A DNA stretch of 64,000 nucleotides from a virus (IMGVR_UViG_3300047469_000103:64001-128000); one strand, 5' to 3'. Positions 1-10,653 are shown, counted from the first letter of the stretch. Notes: generated by a model from the sequence alone, not told the origin. Program-made: numbers and translations.

Positions 1-1
1 T

Positions 2-3000
2 TGGTGGTCTTCAAACAACCCCGGCTATGCACCGTCAAAAATGATCGACGGCGTGCTGGATGGTTTGCGCTGGATTGGTGCTGCACTCGATGTAACCGCA
101 TCGCTGCAAAACTTTGCGGGTATTAAATTCACCGGCCTTCAAGATATTGTTGATGTGCAGGTGCATATCGCATCGTGGGGTAAAAGTTTTAAAATTGGTA
201 CATGGGCAAACGGCACTGATCCTGCTGGCGCCTCGTTTACAAAAGCGCAAATTATTCCGCTGAAATCCTACGACTCGACCGTGCATACGGACGACGACGG
301 TCTGGCAATCGGCATTGAAAAATGGTTGCGTTTTTCTGTACCAACGAATCAAATTCCCGGCGTTCTTTTTTATTGCGATGATAACAGCGCTAACCCGCTG
401 TCGAACAACGCAGGGGCAGCCAACTCAAACGAAAGTCTTAACGAAATAAAGATTTTCGGTAAAGTTGTAACTGTTTCGGATGGCATTAACCCGAAGCCGC
501 CTACGTCAGTTCCGACTGTACCGTACACCGCTGCACCGCCCATAGGTTGGACAAAAACCGCGTTTTCTACAGCAGGCAATTTCACGTTTACTCCGGCTGC
601 TGATACGACAATGCTTTTGGCCGTTGCAATGGGTGCTGGTTCGGGCGGTCGCGTATTTACAAACCTCGACGGTTCTCCGACATTAAATAACACTACGCTT
701 TTTGGTGGCGATACAATTCTCACCGGGCCAAATGGTGTTCTGTTAAATGCCGGTGGTGGTAAAGGTCAAGTCGCGGGTTTGGCAAATGCAAAACCTTCGG
801 ATATTTTCGAAAACTGGTGGCGCTACATTGACCACGGCTCGACTGTCGGCACATTAAGTTCTGCGGGAATTGCTACATCAGCAGCAGGCCGTGCCGCTCC
901 ATTTGGCTCTACTGCTCCGCCGTCTTTCACGTTGGCGATTGCACAAACGAACAATCCGTTAACTGCGCTAACCACAAACTTTAACAACAACAACGCGGTT
1001 CCAATTACGCCGTCTGTTTCCACGAATTTTTCGCGAAATGCTTCTTACGGGTGGACAAGTACAAACACTGATCCAAACTCGAAAGCAATCCTGACGTTCA
1101 ACTTCAAAGGTTATATCGGTCAGCGTATTACTTTCAGTGCTTACAAATACAGTACGGAATCGACAACGTTTATTCTGTATTTGAATGGCGTGGCAGTCTA
1201 CAACGTCAACGGTGGCGGCAGCGGCCCTTACGATATGCCGGTAACATTAACGGCGGAAGGCGATCAAGTATTTACGTTTGAATTTACGCGCAGTGCAGGC
1301 TTGCCTTCGGTTCAAGGATTTGTCGGCATTTACCGAATTGCCTTGGACAACATCGGTTACGCTCCGACACTCGGCGGCGCAACTGGTCGCGCACAATCTG
1401 CGTTTCTTCCAGTTCTTCCAGTTTCTTTCACCGTTGGTAAAGGTGGTATTGGTCAACCCGGTGGGCAGAACGTAACGGCTGCGCAAAATGGTACAGGCGG
1501 TTCCGGTGCAGCAGCAGGCGGTAATGGTGGTGACGGTTTTGTTTACTTTTACGAATACAAAGGGAACGTGTTATTCGAAAAACCAAACGAACCTCTTACG
1601 TTCGCGAAAGTAAACGTTTCGACTGCGGAATTGCCGGGTTTGTATCGCTCAGATTATAAAGGGCGAGCGGTGCTTTCTCCGGGGTTCGATACCTTCATTC
1701 ACAATCTGCGACCACGCACGAAAAACGTACTTGTTTTAATGGTCGGCGCTGGTGGTGTGGTTGGTCTTGCTGCTGACCATCCATTTTCACAACAACCGCC
1801 AACAACCGTAAAACACGATATTAATACGTGGATAACCACAAGCGGTCAAAGTGGCGGGCAGTACGCAAACACCGGTAAAAGTTTAGGTGGTGTTTATACT
1901 TCACCTACCGATACTCTGTACGCCAAGAATGGTGATAGCAGCGGCTACAGTTACGACGATACTGCGCTATCTTCGTTTTTCGACGGCTCAGGTAATGGTG
2001 CGCGATCTTATGCGTACAATTACGGTGGTGGTGCTGGCGCGCTAATTCTGTTTTCGCTAAGCGTCGATCCGACCGATGATCGTTCGCTTGAACTGCAAAT
2101 TGCAAACGTATATGGTTCCAACACGCCACAACCCGGTGCTGTGACTATTTTCGAAACCGAAACGGATTTCGGCCCGTATATTTCGCAGCTTGTGGAATCG
2201 CTGCTGATTAAAAACAGCTACGGCGACACGTCCATTACGCAATCGGCACAACAGGTTCTGTTGAAAAACGGTTTGATTGGCAGCAACACTTCGCAAACTA
2301 CGGAAATGTTGTTGGTAAAAGAAAGCGATGTGAACGATCTGCAAGTTTCCTACATGAACGTCGCGTTCCTGTACGAAGCCACCGATCCGAATACCGCAGT
2401 CTCGCAAACCGCCGAACAAGTTCTGCTTAAATCGGGCATAGAAAATACGCTCGTTACGCAAATGCCAGAAATGGTATTTATGAAGTCTGACAAACTTCCG
2501 ATTCGTTTCACGCAAGCAGCAGAAATGCTCTTTGTTGCGGAACTGCCATCGGTGCTTTGGTTGAACTTCGGCACGTTGGAATATCCGGTTAAAAACCAGT
2601 TGTACACTTCCAGCACGGGCCGCGCAACATCGGTAAAACCCGGCGCTTATATTCAGTTGGAAGGGAATTTTGCACCGGGCACCACGATGTTCCGCAATGG
2701 TGTTGATGTTGGTTTGAGTACGCCGATTGCAAACAACGATCAAATCTATGTTTACGGTGGCGTGACGAATTACTATCAGACATTTATTAACGCTTATGTC
2801 TACTACACGACCAACGGGGAAATCACGCGGGAGCAAGCCGGTACGTGGAAAGTATTGCAGCCGATTTTGACTGCGGTTAAACCACGCAGCTATGCGGCTT
2901 ACACAGCGTTTTCTTGGCTGCGACACACGCACGGATTTGCAACGTCGAGTCTGATTCCACAAGCGGTTAAAGCAAATAGCATTTACGGTGCCTTCGTAGA

Positions 3001-4132
3001 TTATCTGGCGCAGAAAGTTAGCTACGCTGCATCGAGTCTGACTTCCGAGTTTGTTAAAGCGGCTGTCTCGACATTCGAAAGCTACACTGAAGCATTGATG
3101 CAAAAGGCGAATAGCCGGATTGCTGAAGTAACACTGGTGCCGGAATTCACGAAAAACAATTCGTTAATTGCTGAAGTCACTGTCGATTGGGAAGCGGTAA
3201 AAACCAAAGACGCTTACGTGACTGTTGGTTATGACGACGCGCCAAAAGCGCACATTGTTTACACCGATGTTGTTGGCTATTCCGAAACAAAAGCAGGCTA
3301 TGGGACTTACATTGTTTCTGATGCGGGTTTCGATTTGATTCAAACGGGTGATGGTTTCTACATCATTCAAGAATCGGATATTGCGAAGGCTGGCTATGCG
3401 GATTACATTATCGAAGAATCAGACATTGCAAAAGCTGGCTACGGAAAAGTCGATCAGATATTCGAACACTTTTATCGCGATCATGCGTATTTCTCCGAAG
3501 TTGTTTACACTGCCATTTCTAGTTCGGGCGCAACGGGTGTATTCCCGATGGGTTGGTTTGGAACCATTGCCTATTCGGTTCTGACTAGCACGAATTATCA
3601 AATCGGTGTGACAATTGGCACGGGCCATTGGTTAATGCCAACGGGTGATGCGTTGTATGCGAAAGCTGGTTTCGGTTTTGCAAATATGCCGCTTCCAGAC
3701 AAAGCAATTGCGCACAGTGAATTGTACGGCGTAGGCGTTGAAAAACATGGCGCTCACGACAACGGGTATTTCAGCACTTACGGAATCACTCATAAAATCG
3801 GTATTGCAACATTCCAAAGCGGTACAGCTTATTCCGGCGTTCATTCGGATACGGCTTCTGCTTCGAATACACCGATTAAAACAATTCACAAATCTTCAAC
3901 CGCTTCTTTGACGCCTTACCGTTATGCGCAATCTGCAAACGGACGTGGGGCAGCATCGCTGTATATGGGTTTCGATACGAAACAAGACGCTCTGGATTTC
4001 ACGCAGAACTTCTACGGCGTAACGACAATTGCCATGTATAACGGTTTTGTTTACAACCTCGAAATAGATAAATCTTTTGTTTGTGAGATTTATTACAACG
4101 GCCCGGTTTCTGGTCTGATTCAAGGTGGTTAA
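2..4132 (+). CDS. Large virion structural protein (tail fibre/baseplate-associated), 5'-partial
   Basis: Frame is open from nt 2 (WWSSNNPGYAPSK) into the 1363-aa ORF. Gly-rich 'GGxGGxGGDG' fibre motifs, beta-rich T/S/N/G composition, internal 18-aa and 15-aa repeats; heads a structural operon. Confidence 0.75.
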   Translation, partial: WWSSNNPGYAPSKMIDGVLDGLRWIGAALDVTASLQNFAGIKFTGLQDIVDVQVHIASWGKSFKIGTWANGTDPAGASFTKAQIIPLKSYDSTVHTDDDGLAIGIEKWLRFSVPTNQIPGVLFYCDDNSANPLSNNAGAANSNESLNEIKIFGKVVTVSDGINPKPPTSVPTVPYTAAPPIGWTKTAFSTAGNFTFTPAADTTMLLAVAMGAGSGGRVFTNLDGSPTLNNTTLFGGDTILTGPNGVLLNAGGGKGQVAGLANAKPSDIFENWWRYIDHGSTVGTLSSAGIATSAAGRAAPFGSTAPPSFTLAIAQTNNPLTALTTNFNNNNAVPITPSVSTNFSRNASYGWTSTNTDPNSKAILTFNFKGYIGQRITFSAYKYSTESTTFILYLNGVAVYNVNGGGSGPYDMPVTLTAEGDQVFTFEFTRSAGLPSVQGFVGIYRIALDNIGYAPTLGGATGRAQSAFLPVLPVSFTVGKGGIGQPGGQNVTAAQNGTGGSGAAAGGNGGDGFVYFYEYKGNVLFEKPNEPLTFAKVNVSTAELPGLYRSDYKGRAVLSPGFDTFIHNLRPRTKNVLVLMVGAGGVVGLAADHPFSQQPPTTVKHDINTWITTSGQSGGQYANTGKSLGGVYTSPTDTLYAKNGDSSGYSYDDTALSSFFDGSGNGARSYAYNYGGGAGALILFSLSVDPTDDRSLELQIANVYGSNTPQPGAVTIFETETDFGPYISQLVESLLIKNSYGDTSITQSAQQVLLKNGLIGSNTSQTTEMLLVKESDVNDLQVSYMNVAFLYEATDPNTAVSQTAEQVLLKSGIENTLVTQMPEMVFMKSDKLPIRFTQAAEMLFVAELPSVLWLNFGTLEYPVKNQLYTSSTGRATSVKPGAYIQLEGNFAPGTTMFRNGVDVGLSTPIANNDQIYVYGGVTNYYQTFINAYVYYTTNGEITREQAGTWKVLQPILTAVKPRSYAAYTAFSWLRHTHGFATSSLIPQAVKANSIYGAFVDYLAQKVSYAASSLTSEFVKAAVSTFESYTEALMQKANSRIAEVTLVPEFTKNNSLIAEVTVDWEAVKTKDAYVTVGYDDAPKAHIVYTDVVGYSETKAGYGTYIVSDAGFDLIQTGDGFYIIQESDIAKAGYADYIIEESDIAKAGYGKVDQIFEHFYRDHAYFSEVVYTAISSSGATGVFPMGWFGTIAYSVLTSTNYQIGVTIGTGHWLMPTGDALYAKAGFGFANMPLPDKAIAHSELYGVGVEKHGAHDNGYFSTYGITHKIGIATFQSGTAYSGVHSDTASASNTPIKTIHKSSTASLTPYRYAQSANGRGAASLYMGFDTKQDALDFTQNFYGVTTIAMYNGFVYNLEIDKSFVCEIYYNGPVSGLIQGG

Positions 4133-4159
4133 TTTAATAGAAACGTTGGAGATTCTCAC

Positions 4160-4585
4160 ATGGCACTTGTACCAATCAAAAAGCTAAGTGAGGTCGGCAA
4201 CCGAGTAAGAAAGAGTTTTCAATTGAAGACTCTTTTACTCGCTCCAAACGCATCTGAATCTTTTGTGATTGATTGCGGCGCGTCCGCAATCGTCCAAAGA
4301 CTCAAGGTCGATAAACCGTGCGTAGTGGAAGTGTTCGGTGTAGAGGATCACAACGCGATTGATGATCCTTCGCCGTACAAGTTTGTCGCCGTCACTGGAC
4401 ACCTAATGGACGATGGTTCCACGACTTTACGGGACGGAACTGTTTTAAAAACGCGGCAATATTCGATTTTCGTTAATCTCGAAACTCCGAATCGTCCGCA
4501 AATGTACGGCAAGATTACCAACACAGGCCCGACTGCCGTTGCAATCACAATTGATTTACTTTACCTGACCGTCGAGGATGTTTAA
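4160..4585 (+). CDS. Putative virion structural protein (beta-sandwich)
   Basis: 141-aa ORF, GGAG RBS, coupled between structural genes. Confidence 0.6.
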   Translation: MALVPIKKLSEVGNRVRKSFQLKTLLLAPNASESFVIDCGASAIVQRLKVDKPCVVEVFGVEDHNAIDDPSPYKFVAVTGHLMDDGSTTLRDGTVLKTRQYSIFVNLETPNRPQMYGKITNTGPTAVAITIDLLYLTVEDV

Positions 4586-4587
4586 CT

Positions 4588-5781
4588 ATGGGTATCGCAA
4601 TTCGTAAAGAGGGATTTATCACGGCAGGCACCGTGTCTCTCGCAATTATCACCGACATGTTGGCGAATGGTTTTAAAGCCATTTATCCAGTTGATGCTGG
4701 TGGCGTTTTTGTTCCGCCAACTGGCCCTGATGCAGAAAAATTCCACGTAACTTTGGAAGCAGGCCCGACTGTCGATCCACTTAACCCGCTGATTCCCGGC
4801 GCAACTCCAAACCAACCTTGGCGCGTGAATTTCACCGTCACCGATAATGCCACTTTGGGTATTTTCGTTGGCAGTTCTGCCGCGCTGAAAAATGACGGTT
4901 CTTTGCCGTACACTTCCGACAACGTAAAAACTACCAACAGCCAAGGCGAAACGATTAACACTCGTTTGGTCGGCGCTCGCGGTATTGTTGGTGCGGACTA
5001 CACCCCGCCACGCGGCGCACAGTCGTCGTCGGTTACTGTCGATAAAGAATTCTTTGTTGATGAAACCAAATTCGCGCCACACTGGAACAATCCAACCGAA
5101 GGTTTTGTTAACCGTCGTAATAAAGTTTGGCTGGATATTCAATCGACCACTCCGAAGGGCAGCAGCAACGTAGCGGCTGAAATCATTCCCGCCTACCCAA
5201 CTGATCCGAAAAAAGACGTATCGAATACCTACCCGCTTTCGTACTACCTCGCAATTACTCCACGCGGTTTCTTCCTGTCCGTTTGGCAGGGTAGCATTAC
5301 CAACATGGGCGGCACGGATTTCTCGTGGGTTCTGGTTCAACGTCCTGTGCAGCGTGATACCGGCGCCGTTGTTATTGACGGTAAAGCTCCGGTTTTCTGC
5401 GTGAACAGCGTAGGTAATCAAATCAACCGTTTCGTAGTTCGTGAAGCTGACGTTTCCGATGCCTCCGCAATTATCCTTGCAACTGAGGATAGCAAAGACG
5501 GCACCGCAATTATCAACGGTAAAAAACAAATCGGTGTTTCTGAAAATAACCAGTACATCGTAAACTATCCGTCGCGCCTGAATACTCCGCGTTACGCATA
5601 CACTTACGAACTGGACATGATCGGTTACGCTTCGGCCACCGTGATTTCTGGTACTACCGAAGTTCCACAAACTCTGTACGGCGAACCAACCGAACGGAAA
5701 TACCTCGGTATGCACTCCAACCTCCCGGCAAACAACGGCATGCGTATTGTTGCGCTGACCAAAGGCGGCGGCATCGCGTAA
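4588..5781 (+). CDS. Virion structural/fibre protein, paralog 1
   Basis: 397 aa; collinear with the next ORF (VTLEA..TVDPLN, QPWRV, ITPRG, QRPV.R.TGA, GKAPVFC, RFVVRE.DV, PSRLNT.RYAYTYELDM). Confidence 0.7.
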   Translation: MGIAIRKEGFITAGTVSLAIITDMLANGFKAIYPVDAGGVFVPPTGPDAEKFHVTLEAGPTVDPLNPLIPGATPNQPWRVNFTVTDNATLGIFVGSSAALKNDGSLPYTSDNVKTTNSQGETINTRLVGARGIVGADYTPPRGAQSSSVTVDKEFFVDETKFAPHWNNPTEGFVNRRNKVWLDIQSTTPKGSSNVAAEIIPAYPTDPKKDVSNTYPLSYYLAITPRGFFLSVWQGSITNMGGTDFSWVLVQRPVQRDTGAVVIDGKAPVFCVNSVGNQINRFVVREADVSDASAIILATEDSKDGTAIINGKKQIGVSENNQYIVNYPSRLNTPRYAYTYELDMIGYASATVISGTTEVPQTLYGEPTERKYLGMHSNLPANNGMRIVALTKGGGIA

Positions 5782-5794
5782 GGGGATTAAAAAA

Positions 5795-6835
5795 ATGGCA
5801 GTTTCTGGTTTTTATGTTCGTCGCAGCGGTTATACCCACGTTGGCGAATTGATGTTGGCTGTAATTGCCGACATGAGCGCGAACGGTTTTGCTGTTCGTT
5901 TTCCAGCCGCATGGGTTCCGCCAGTTGATCCGACTGGCCGTGCGAAATTCAAAGTAACTTTGGAAGCAAGCGAAACCGTTGATCCACTCAACGCCACCGC
6001 TTTGCAAAACAAACAACCTTGGCGCGTACAAATCGAAGTTTTCGACAAGCATACCGCTGGCGTAACTACTGGTTCGCAACAAGCTTTGCGCACTGATGGT
6101 TCCGCGTCGTATTCGATTAACGGCACCAAACTGAAAGGCCCGCAAGGCGCTGTCGGTGGCTACTACACCAAAGGCACTACGCTGGCTGATATCAGTCCTG
6201 ATCCAACCAAACCAGCGGAAGGTTTTATTAACCGAACTTCCCGTGTTGTTTTGGGCGCAATTGATTTGGCTGATTCTTTCCCAATGACTTATTCGCTTTC
6301 GATCACGCCTCGCGGTGTGGCCCTTTGCGTTTGGGAAGACTACGTTTCTGACAGCGGCGCTGCTGCAATTTCGTGGTTTGTTATTCAACGTCCGGTTGAT
6401 CGTACTACCGGCGCAGCAATCATTACCGGTAAAGCTCCGGTATTCTGCCTGAATGGCGTTAACAACGTTATTAACCGTTTTGTTGTGCGTGAGTCTGACG
6501 TACTCAAACCGTCTGACGCCGTTGACGCTACAAAAGACACGGATTACAACAACGCAATTATCAACGGAATTGAACAAGTAGCAATTTCCGAAGGTAATCG
6601 TTACGTTGTGGCTTTCCCTTCGCGTCTGAATACCACACGTTACGCCTATACCTACGAACTCGACATGCTGGGTTACACCAGTGCCGACGTGGTATCGGAA
6701 AACACGGATGTTCCGCTGACTGTTTACAACGAGGGAACTCCGCGTAAATACGTTTCGCTTCTGGCGAACGGTGCGAATAACACCGGCATGCGAATTGTGT
6801 CAATTAAGGAAGGCGGCGGTATTTCGCTGACCTAA
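5795..6835 (+). CDS. Virion structural/fibre protein, paralog 2
   Basis: 346 aa; same motifs as 4588-5781. Confidence 0.7.
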   Translation: MAVSGFYVRRSGYTHVGELMLAVIADMSANGFAVRFPAAWVPPVDPTGRAKFKVTLEASETVDPLNATALQNKQPWRVQIEVFDKHTAGVTTGSQQALRTDGSASYSINGTKLKGPQGAVGGYYTKGTTLADISPDPTKPAEGFINRTSRVVLGAIDLADSFPMTYSLSITPRGVALCVWEDYVSDSGAAAISWFVIQRPVDRTTGAAIITGKAPVFCLNGVNNVINRFVVRESDVLKPSDAVDATKDTDYNNAIINGIEQVAISEGNRYVVAFPSRLNTTRYAYTYELDMLGYTSADVVSENTDVPLTVYNEGTPRKYVSLLANGANNTGMRIVSIKEGGGISLT

Positions 6836-6857
6836 TTGGGAAATCATTTTCCCTGTG

Positions 6858-6887
6858 AAGGGGAGAATTAATTTTCTCCCCTTTTTT
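6858..6887 (+). terminator. Intrinsic terminator
   Basis: AAGGGGAGAA-ttaatt-TTCTCCCCTT hairpin followed by T-run, after the stop at 6835. Confidence 0.8.
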
Positions 6888-6906
6888 GTTTCTGGAGATT
6901 ATTTCT

Positions 6907-7968
6907 ATGTCCTTGCTTCAACACGATGGCTTCGACCACTACGGCACAACCACATTGAACGGCGGCGCTTCTGTTGCGTCCCTGATGTGGGTTTCTGGCG
7001 GTTATGTTTTGCCGACTGCTTCCATGTCGCCTGCTACGGCTTATGGTAAAAATGCTGGTTCTTTGGGCGTCGGTTTGAACGCCAGCACCACTGATCTTAT
7101 TTGGATCAAAAAAGCAATTCGTCCTGAGTCGAATAATACCGGCGCACCTTATACGCCGACAAAGCGTTTGGTTCTCGGTGCAGCAATTCGTTTCCCCCTC
7201 GCGTTGGCTGGTCAAATCAACTTTATGCGCATGGGCGGCATTAACATTAACATCGGCACCGACTGGTTTATTTATGTCGATGGCGTGCAGACTTCGTACC
7301 AGTGTGAATTAAACATCTGGAACTTTGTCGAAATGCGTTTCGATTTGGAAGCCAACAAATTCCAGTTGTACATGACTGAAACTCTGGTCATGGAAAAAGC
7401 CATTACAAACCCAACATTCGACTTCTATGAAGTTCGTGCGCAGGCTGTTTCCGGTTCCGGTTCTGGCGTTCTGGTTAACTGCGACGATTTGTATTTGCTC
7501 GATGGCGCTGGCACTTACAACAACGAACGAATTGGTAAATGCAACACGCTGACTCGTTTCCCAACTGCCGACGACACAAAAGGCATGACGCCGGATACAG
7601 GCACCGCAAACTTCAGCCGGGTAAACCAAGCTGTGCCGGATGGTGACTCTTCCTACGTTTATGCAAACGTTGCGGGCGCTACGGATTTGTACACCAACAC
7701 AACCGCAATTGTTACGGTCGATGACGCTGCAATTCGTGCAATTACAATTGCGCCAAACGTGCGGATGTTGGAACCGGATTCGCTGTCGGTTACTGCCGTC
7801 GTAAAAGTCGGTACTTCGGAAGCTGTTGGTTATCGCATGAAATTGAAAGCGGCAACTTACACTTCGGAAAAACACATCTTTGAAGTGAGTCCGGCGACCA
7901 GCCTTCCGTGGACTCCGACCGAAGCGCAAAACGTGAAATTTGGCCAACGTATTTTGGCTAAACCTTAA
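6907..7968 (+). CDS. Virion protein, ConA/LamG-like N-domain (MSLLQHDGFDHY type)
   Basis: Start moved to ATG 6907 (GGAG upstream). 'DGFDHY', 'WNFVEMRF', 'DDLYLLDG' motifs resemble phage tail-associated lectin-fold proteins. Confidence 0.6.
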   Translation: MSLLQHDGFDHYGTTTLNGGASVASLMWVSGGYVLPTASMSPATAYGKNAGSLGVGLNASTTDLIWIKKAIRPESNNTGAPYTPTKRLVLGAAIRFPLALAGQINFMRMGGININIGTDWFIYVDGVQTSYQCELNIWNFVEMRFDLEANKFQLYMTETLVMEKAITNPTFDFYEVRAQAVSGSGSGVLVNCDDLYLLDGAGTYNNERIGKCNTLTRFPTADDTKGMTPDTGTANFSRVNQAVPDGDSSYVYANVAGATDLYTNTTAIVTVDDAAIRAITIAPNVRMLEPDSLSVTAVVKVGTSEAVGYRMKLKAATYTSEKHIFEVSPATSLPWTPTEAQNVKFGQRILAKP

Positions 7969-7981
7969 AAGGTAGACCAAA

Positions 7982-9295
7982 ATGGCTTTGATTTATGCAG
8001 ATGATTTTGGTGGCATCGGATTGCAGAACGTAGGGGGCGGCGGGATATTCGCCTCCTTTAACACTGATGCAACTACGATGCTTGCCATCCAACGTTTGGT
8101 GAACGGTTACGGTTTTGATTTGCCTGCTTATCAAAACCTTGGCGGCAACTCGTGGATGAATACCGTCAACTACGACTTGAATAAAAAAGCGCTGCTTATC
8201 AACATGTACCAGCAGGCGTCATACACCTTTTCTCCGGGTGCGATTGGTTTGCAGCGCACGTTTAATTACAGTGGCGATACGGTGCGGTTTGGTTTCCTTG
8301 CCGCATTGTCCACGCTGTATATGCCGCGTGGCCCGTTCGTAACATTCGAAGATTTGTACACGGTCGGCGTAGATTTCACGACCGGTAATTACATGCTTAA
8401 TGATGTAGTTACTTCCACACCTGCACAACTCGGAATTGATACGCCGATGTATCACGAAGTCGTTTTCACTCCGACTACGATGGAATTGTGGATCAGTAAA
8501 ACGAAAATCGCAGAAGTTTCTCGGTCGGCTATTCCGGTTCGTAGAATTCGGTTCGGGCAAGCGGGCACTTCTACGCTCAACCTGTTCGGCCTTACTCTTT
8601 ACAACTTAATTGTTGTGGATAATACCGGAACGTTTAAAGGCCCAATCGGTCGCATGGGTGTAAAAACTTATCAGGCGACAGCACAGGGCACGATTCAATC
8701 TGCCAACGTTCCGTCGAACTACACCGCCCTGCAAATAATCAACAAAATTGCAGACGGTAAAGACGTGGAAACCGGCAGTTATATTCTCGGTGTGTTGGCG
8801 TCTCCGAATGGTTACGTGACGAACGCGTTTACATCGACGTACAACGGAAGACTTCCACTAGCCGCATGTGTGAGCATTCAAGCGCGACGAAAAAGTCCGG
8901 CTGCTGATGGTTTGGCTCCATACCCGTACATTAAAATTGGTGCAACAAAAGTTAGCGCTACGCCTCAACCGGTATCGTCTTTGTGGAATGTTTTCTGCAC
9001 AGAAATTCCAATGGTTCCGTCGCAAACATTCACGGCTTTTGAATTCGGTTACGATCAAGATTTCCTCGACGTTGAACGTGTGTTTATTTCTAATCGTGAC
9101 GGCGTTGCAATCTACGGAAATCAGTCTGTCACACCGGCGATTAGCGGGCCTGCTTTCTTGAACAAAGTCCCAACGCTCGGACAGACCAACATTGCCAACA
9201 CAACCGTTAACGCATACGTGACCGACTACTCGAAATCTACGCTGCAAATCGGCCTGACTTCGGTGGAAAATATCACGTATAGACAGGAACAATAA
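7982..9295 (+). CDS. Virion protein, distant paralog of 6907-7968 (MALIYADDF type)
   Basis: 437 aa; similar N-terminus, 'YHEVVF', 'YNLIVVDNTG' and two-domain beta layout. Confidence 0.55.
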   Translation: MALIYADDFGGIGLQNVGGGGIFASFNTDATTMLAIQRLVNGYGFDLPAYQNLGGNSWMNTVNYDLNKKALLINMYQQASYTFSPGAIGLQRTFNYSGDTVRFGFLAALSTLYMPRGPFVTFEDLYTVGVDFTTGNYMLNDVVTSTPAQLGIDTPMYHEVVFTPTTMELWISKTKIAEVSRSAIPVRRIRFGQAGTSTLNLFGLTLYNLIVVDNTGTFKGPIGRMGVKTYQATAQGTIQSANVPSNYTALQIINKIADGKDVETGSYILGVLASPNGYVTNAFTSTYNGRLPLAACVSIQARRKSPAADGLAPYPYIKIGATKVSATPQPVSSLWNVFCTEIPMVPSQTFTAFEFGYDQDFLDVERVFISNRDGVAIYGNQSVTPAISGPAFLNKVPTLGQTNIANTTVNAYVTDYSKSTLQIGLTSVENITYRQEQ

Positions 9296-9297
9296 TT

Positions 9298-10653
9298 ATG
9301 GCTTTTGTGACAGTTGATAACCCTAGCGGGATTCTGCATCACGGCGCGCATATGGGATGGTGCGCTATTTCTGATACGCGACTAGCAATCGCAACCGTTA
9401 CCACTGATTTAAAAGTTTTGGTGCAGGAAATAAACTTTGCAGGCGGTAACGCAAACCTCGGCCTTGCAACATTTGTGGCTGCGATCCCCGGCACGCCAAC
9501 AAACAAAACGATATTTCGCCCGAAAGTTTATAGCATTGGCACCGACGCCATTATGGTTATGGTGCCTACAGCTTTTGCTACTGTGTCAGTGCGTTGCGCT
9601 CTCGGTAATTCTAGAATCGTACCGAACCAAACAGGCTTGGGGCCGATGCCGTCGTTTTACAGCGTGTTTATTATGACGCGAAATGCGGATGGCACGTACA
9701 CAAGTAAATCCACAGCATCTTTGGATTTTACGTCAACGCCCGGTGGGCTTAACAGCTACCATCAATCGTACCCCGGCACGGCGTTCGAACTTGTTTCGGC
9801 AACACCGACACAACTTGTTTTGATGCGACCGATGCAGTTGGTTAACATTGCCAACGAAGGCAATACTTTTCCTTACGTGCAAGAATACACAATTACACTA
9901 GCGAATAACGTTATCCAATCCGCTGTTAAAGCGGAACGGGGAGGTGCGACAGCCCTTGCGTCACGGAACACGACTCCTTACGATATACGTTATAAAAAAT
10001 TGCCAGATAAATCGAAAGTTCTGGTTGTGTCAGGGGGACAGGTTTACGCTGGCCCGATGGCAGACTCACCTGCCATTTATCGTAGAATATCGTATGACTT
10101 GCTCGGTGCGTTTCCGACAATCTCGATTTCTGCACAATACCCGAACGCTATACTGTACATTTCTCCGAACGCGTTTTTGCCAATTGATGCCGTGTCAAAG
10201 CACTTCATTATCGGCGGTAACGTGAACGGCGCAAACACTGCAATCAACACAACGTCGCAACAATCGACAAATTCGATTTTTTATAATCCGCTTGATACTG
10301 CGTGGATTACACCGACGACTTTATGTGTTGCGGGTTGCCCAACGGGACAGGGAATTACCGATACTGTTCTGCAACAAACTGGCCCATTCTTCGATCACGA
10401 TATGAGCGCGTCTGTAAACCAGTCGAACAACTTAGGCCCGTGGCCTTTGTTTTTGTCGATGCGGGAAATCGGCGCAGCCGGTCAATACGTTGGCGTTTTC
10501 GATCCAATTCAGACGCCGTACTATTACAATCCGGGGATGATGTGCGACAACGTTATTCATCGAATTGACGACACGCATTTTGCAATGATTGGCGTATTCA
10601 AAGCGGACATTAACGCCGCGCCTAAAATCGGGGTTATCACGGTGAACGTATGA
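9298..10653 (+). CDS. Putative virion protein, beta-propeller-like
   Basis: 451 aa, beta-rich, coupled within the structural operon. Confidence 0.5.
   Translation: MAFVTVDNPSGILHHGAHMGWCAISDTRLAIATVTTDLKVLVQEINFAGGNANLGLATFVAAIPGTPTNKTIFRPKVYSIGTDAIMVMVPTAFATVSVRCALGNSRIVPNQTGLGPMPSFYSVFIMTRNADGTYTSKSTASLDFTSTPGGLNSYHQSYPGTAFELVSATPTQLVLMRPMQLVNIANEGNTFPYVQEYTITLANNVIQSAVKAERGGATALASRNTTPYDIRYKKLPDKSKVLVVSGGQVYAGPMADSPAIYRRISYDLLGAFPTISISAQYPNAILYISPNAFLPIDAVSKHFIIGGNVNGANTAINTTSQQSTNSIFYNPLDTAWITPTTLCVAGCPTGQGITDTVLQQTGPFFDHDMSASVNQSNNLGPWPLFLSMREIGAAGQYVGVFDPIQTPYYYNPGMMCDNVIHRIDDTHFAMIGVFKADINAAPKIGVITVNV

Noticed and set aside
2057-6577. Long minus-strand ORFs (2057-3103, 4582-5715, 5654-6577)
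   Set aside because: These are shadows of the structural genes and have unnatural composition.
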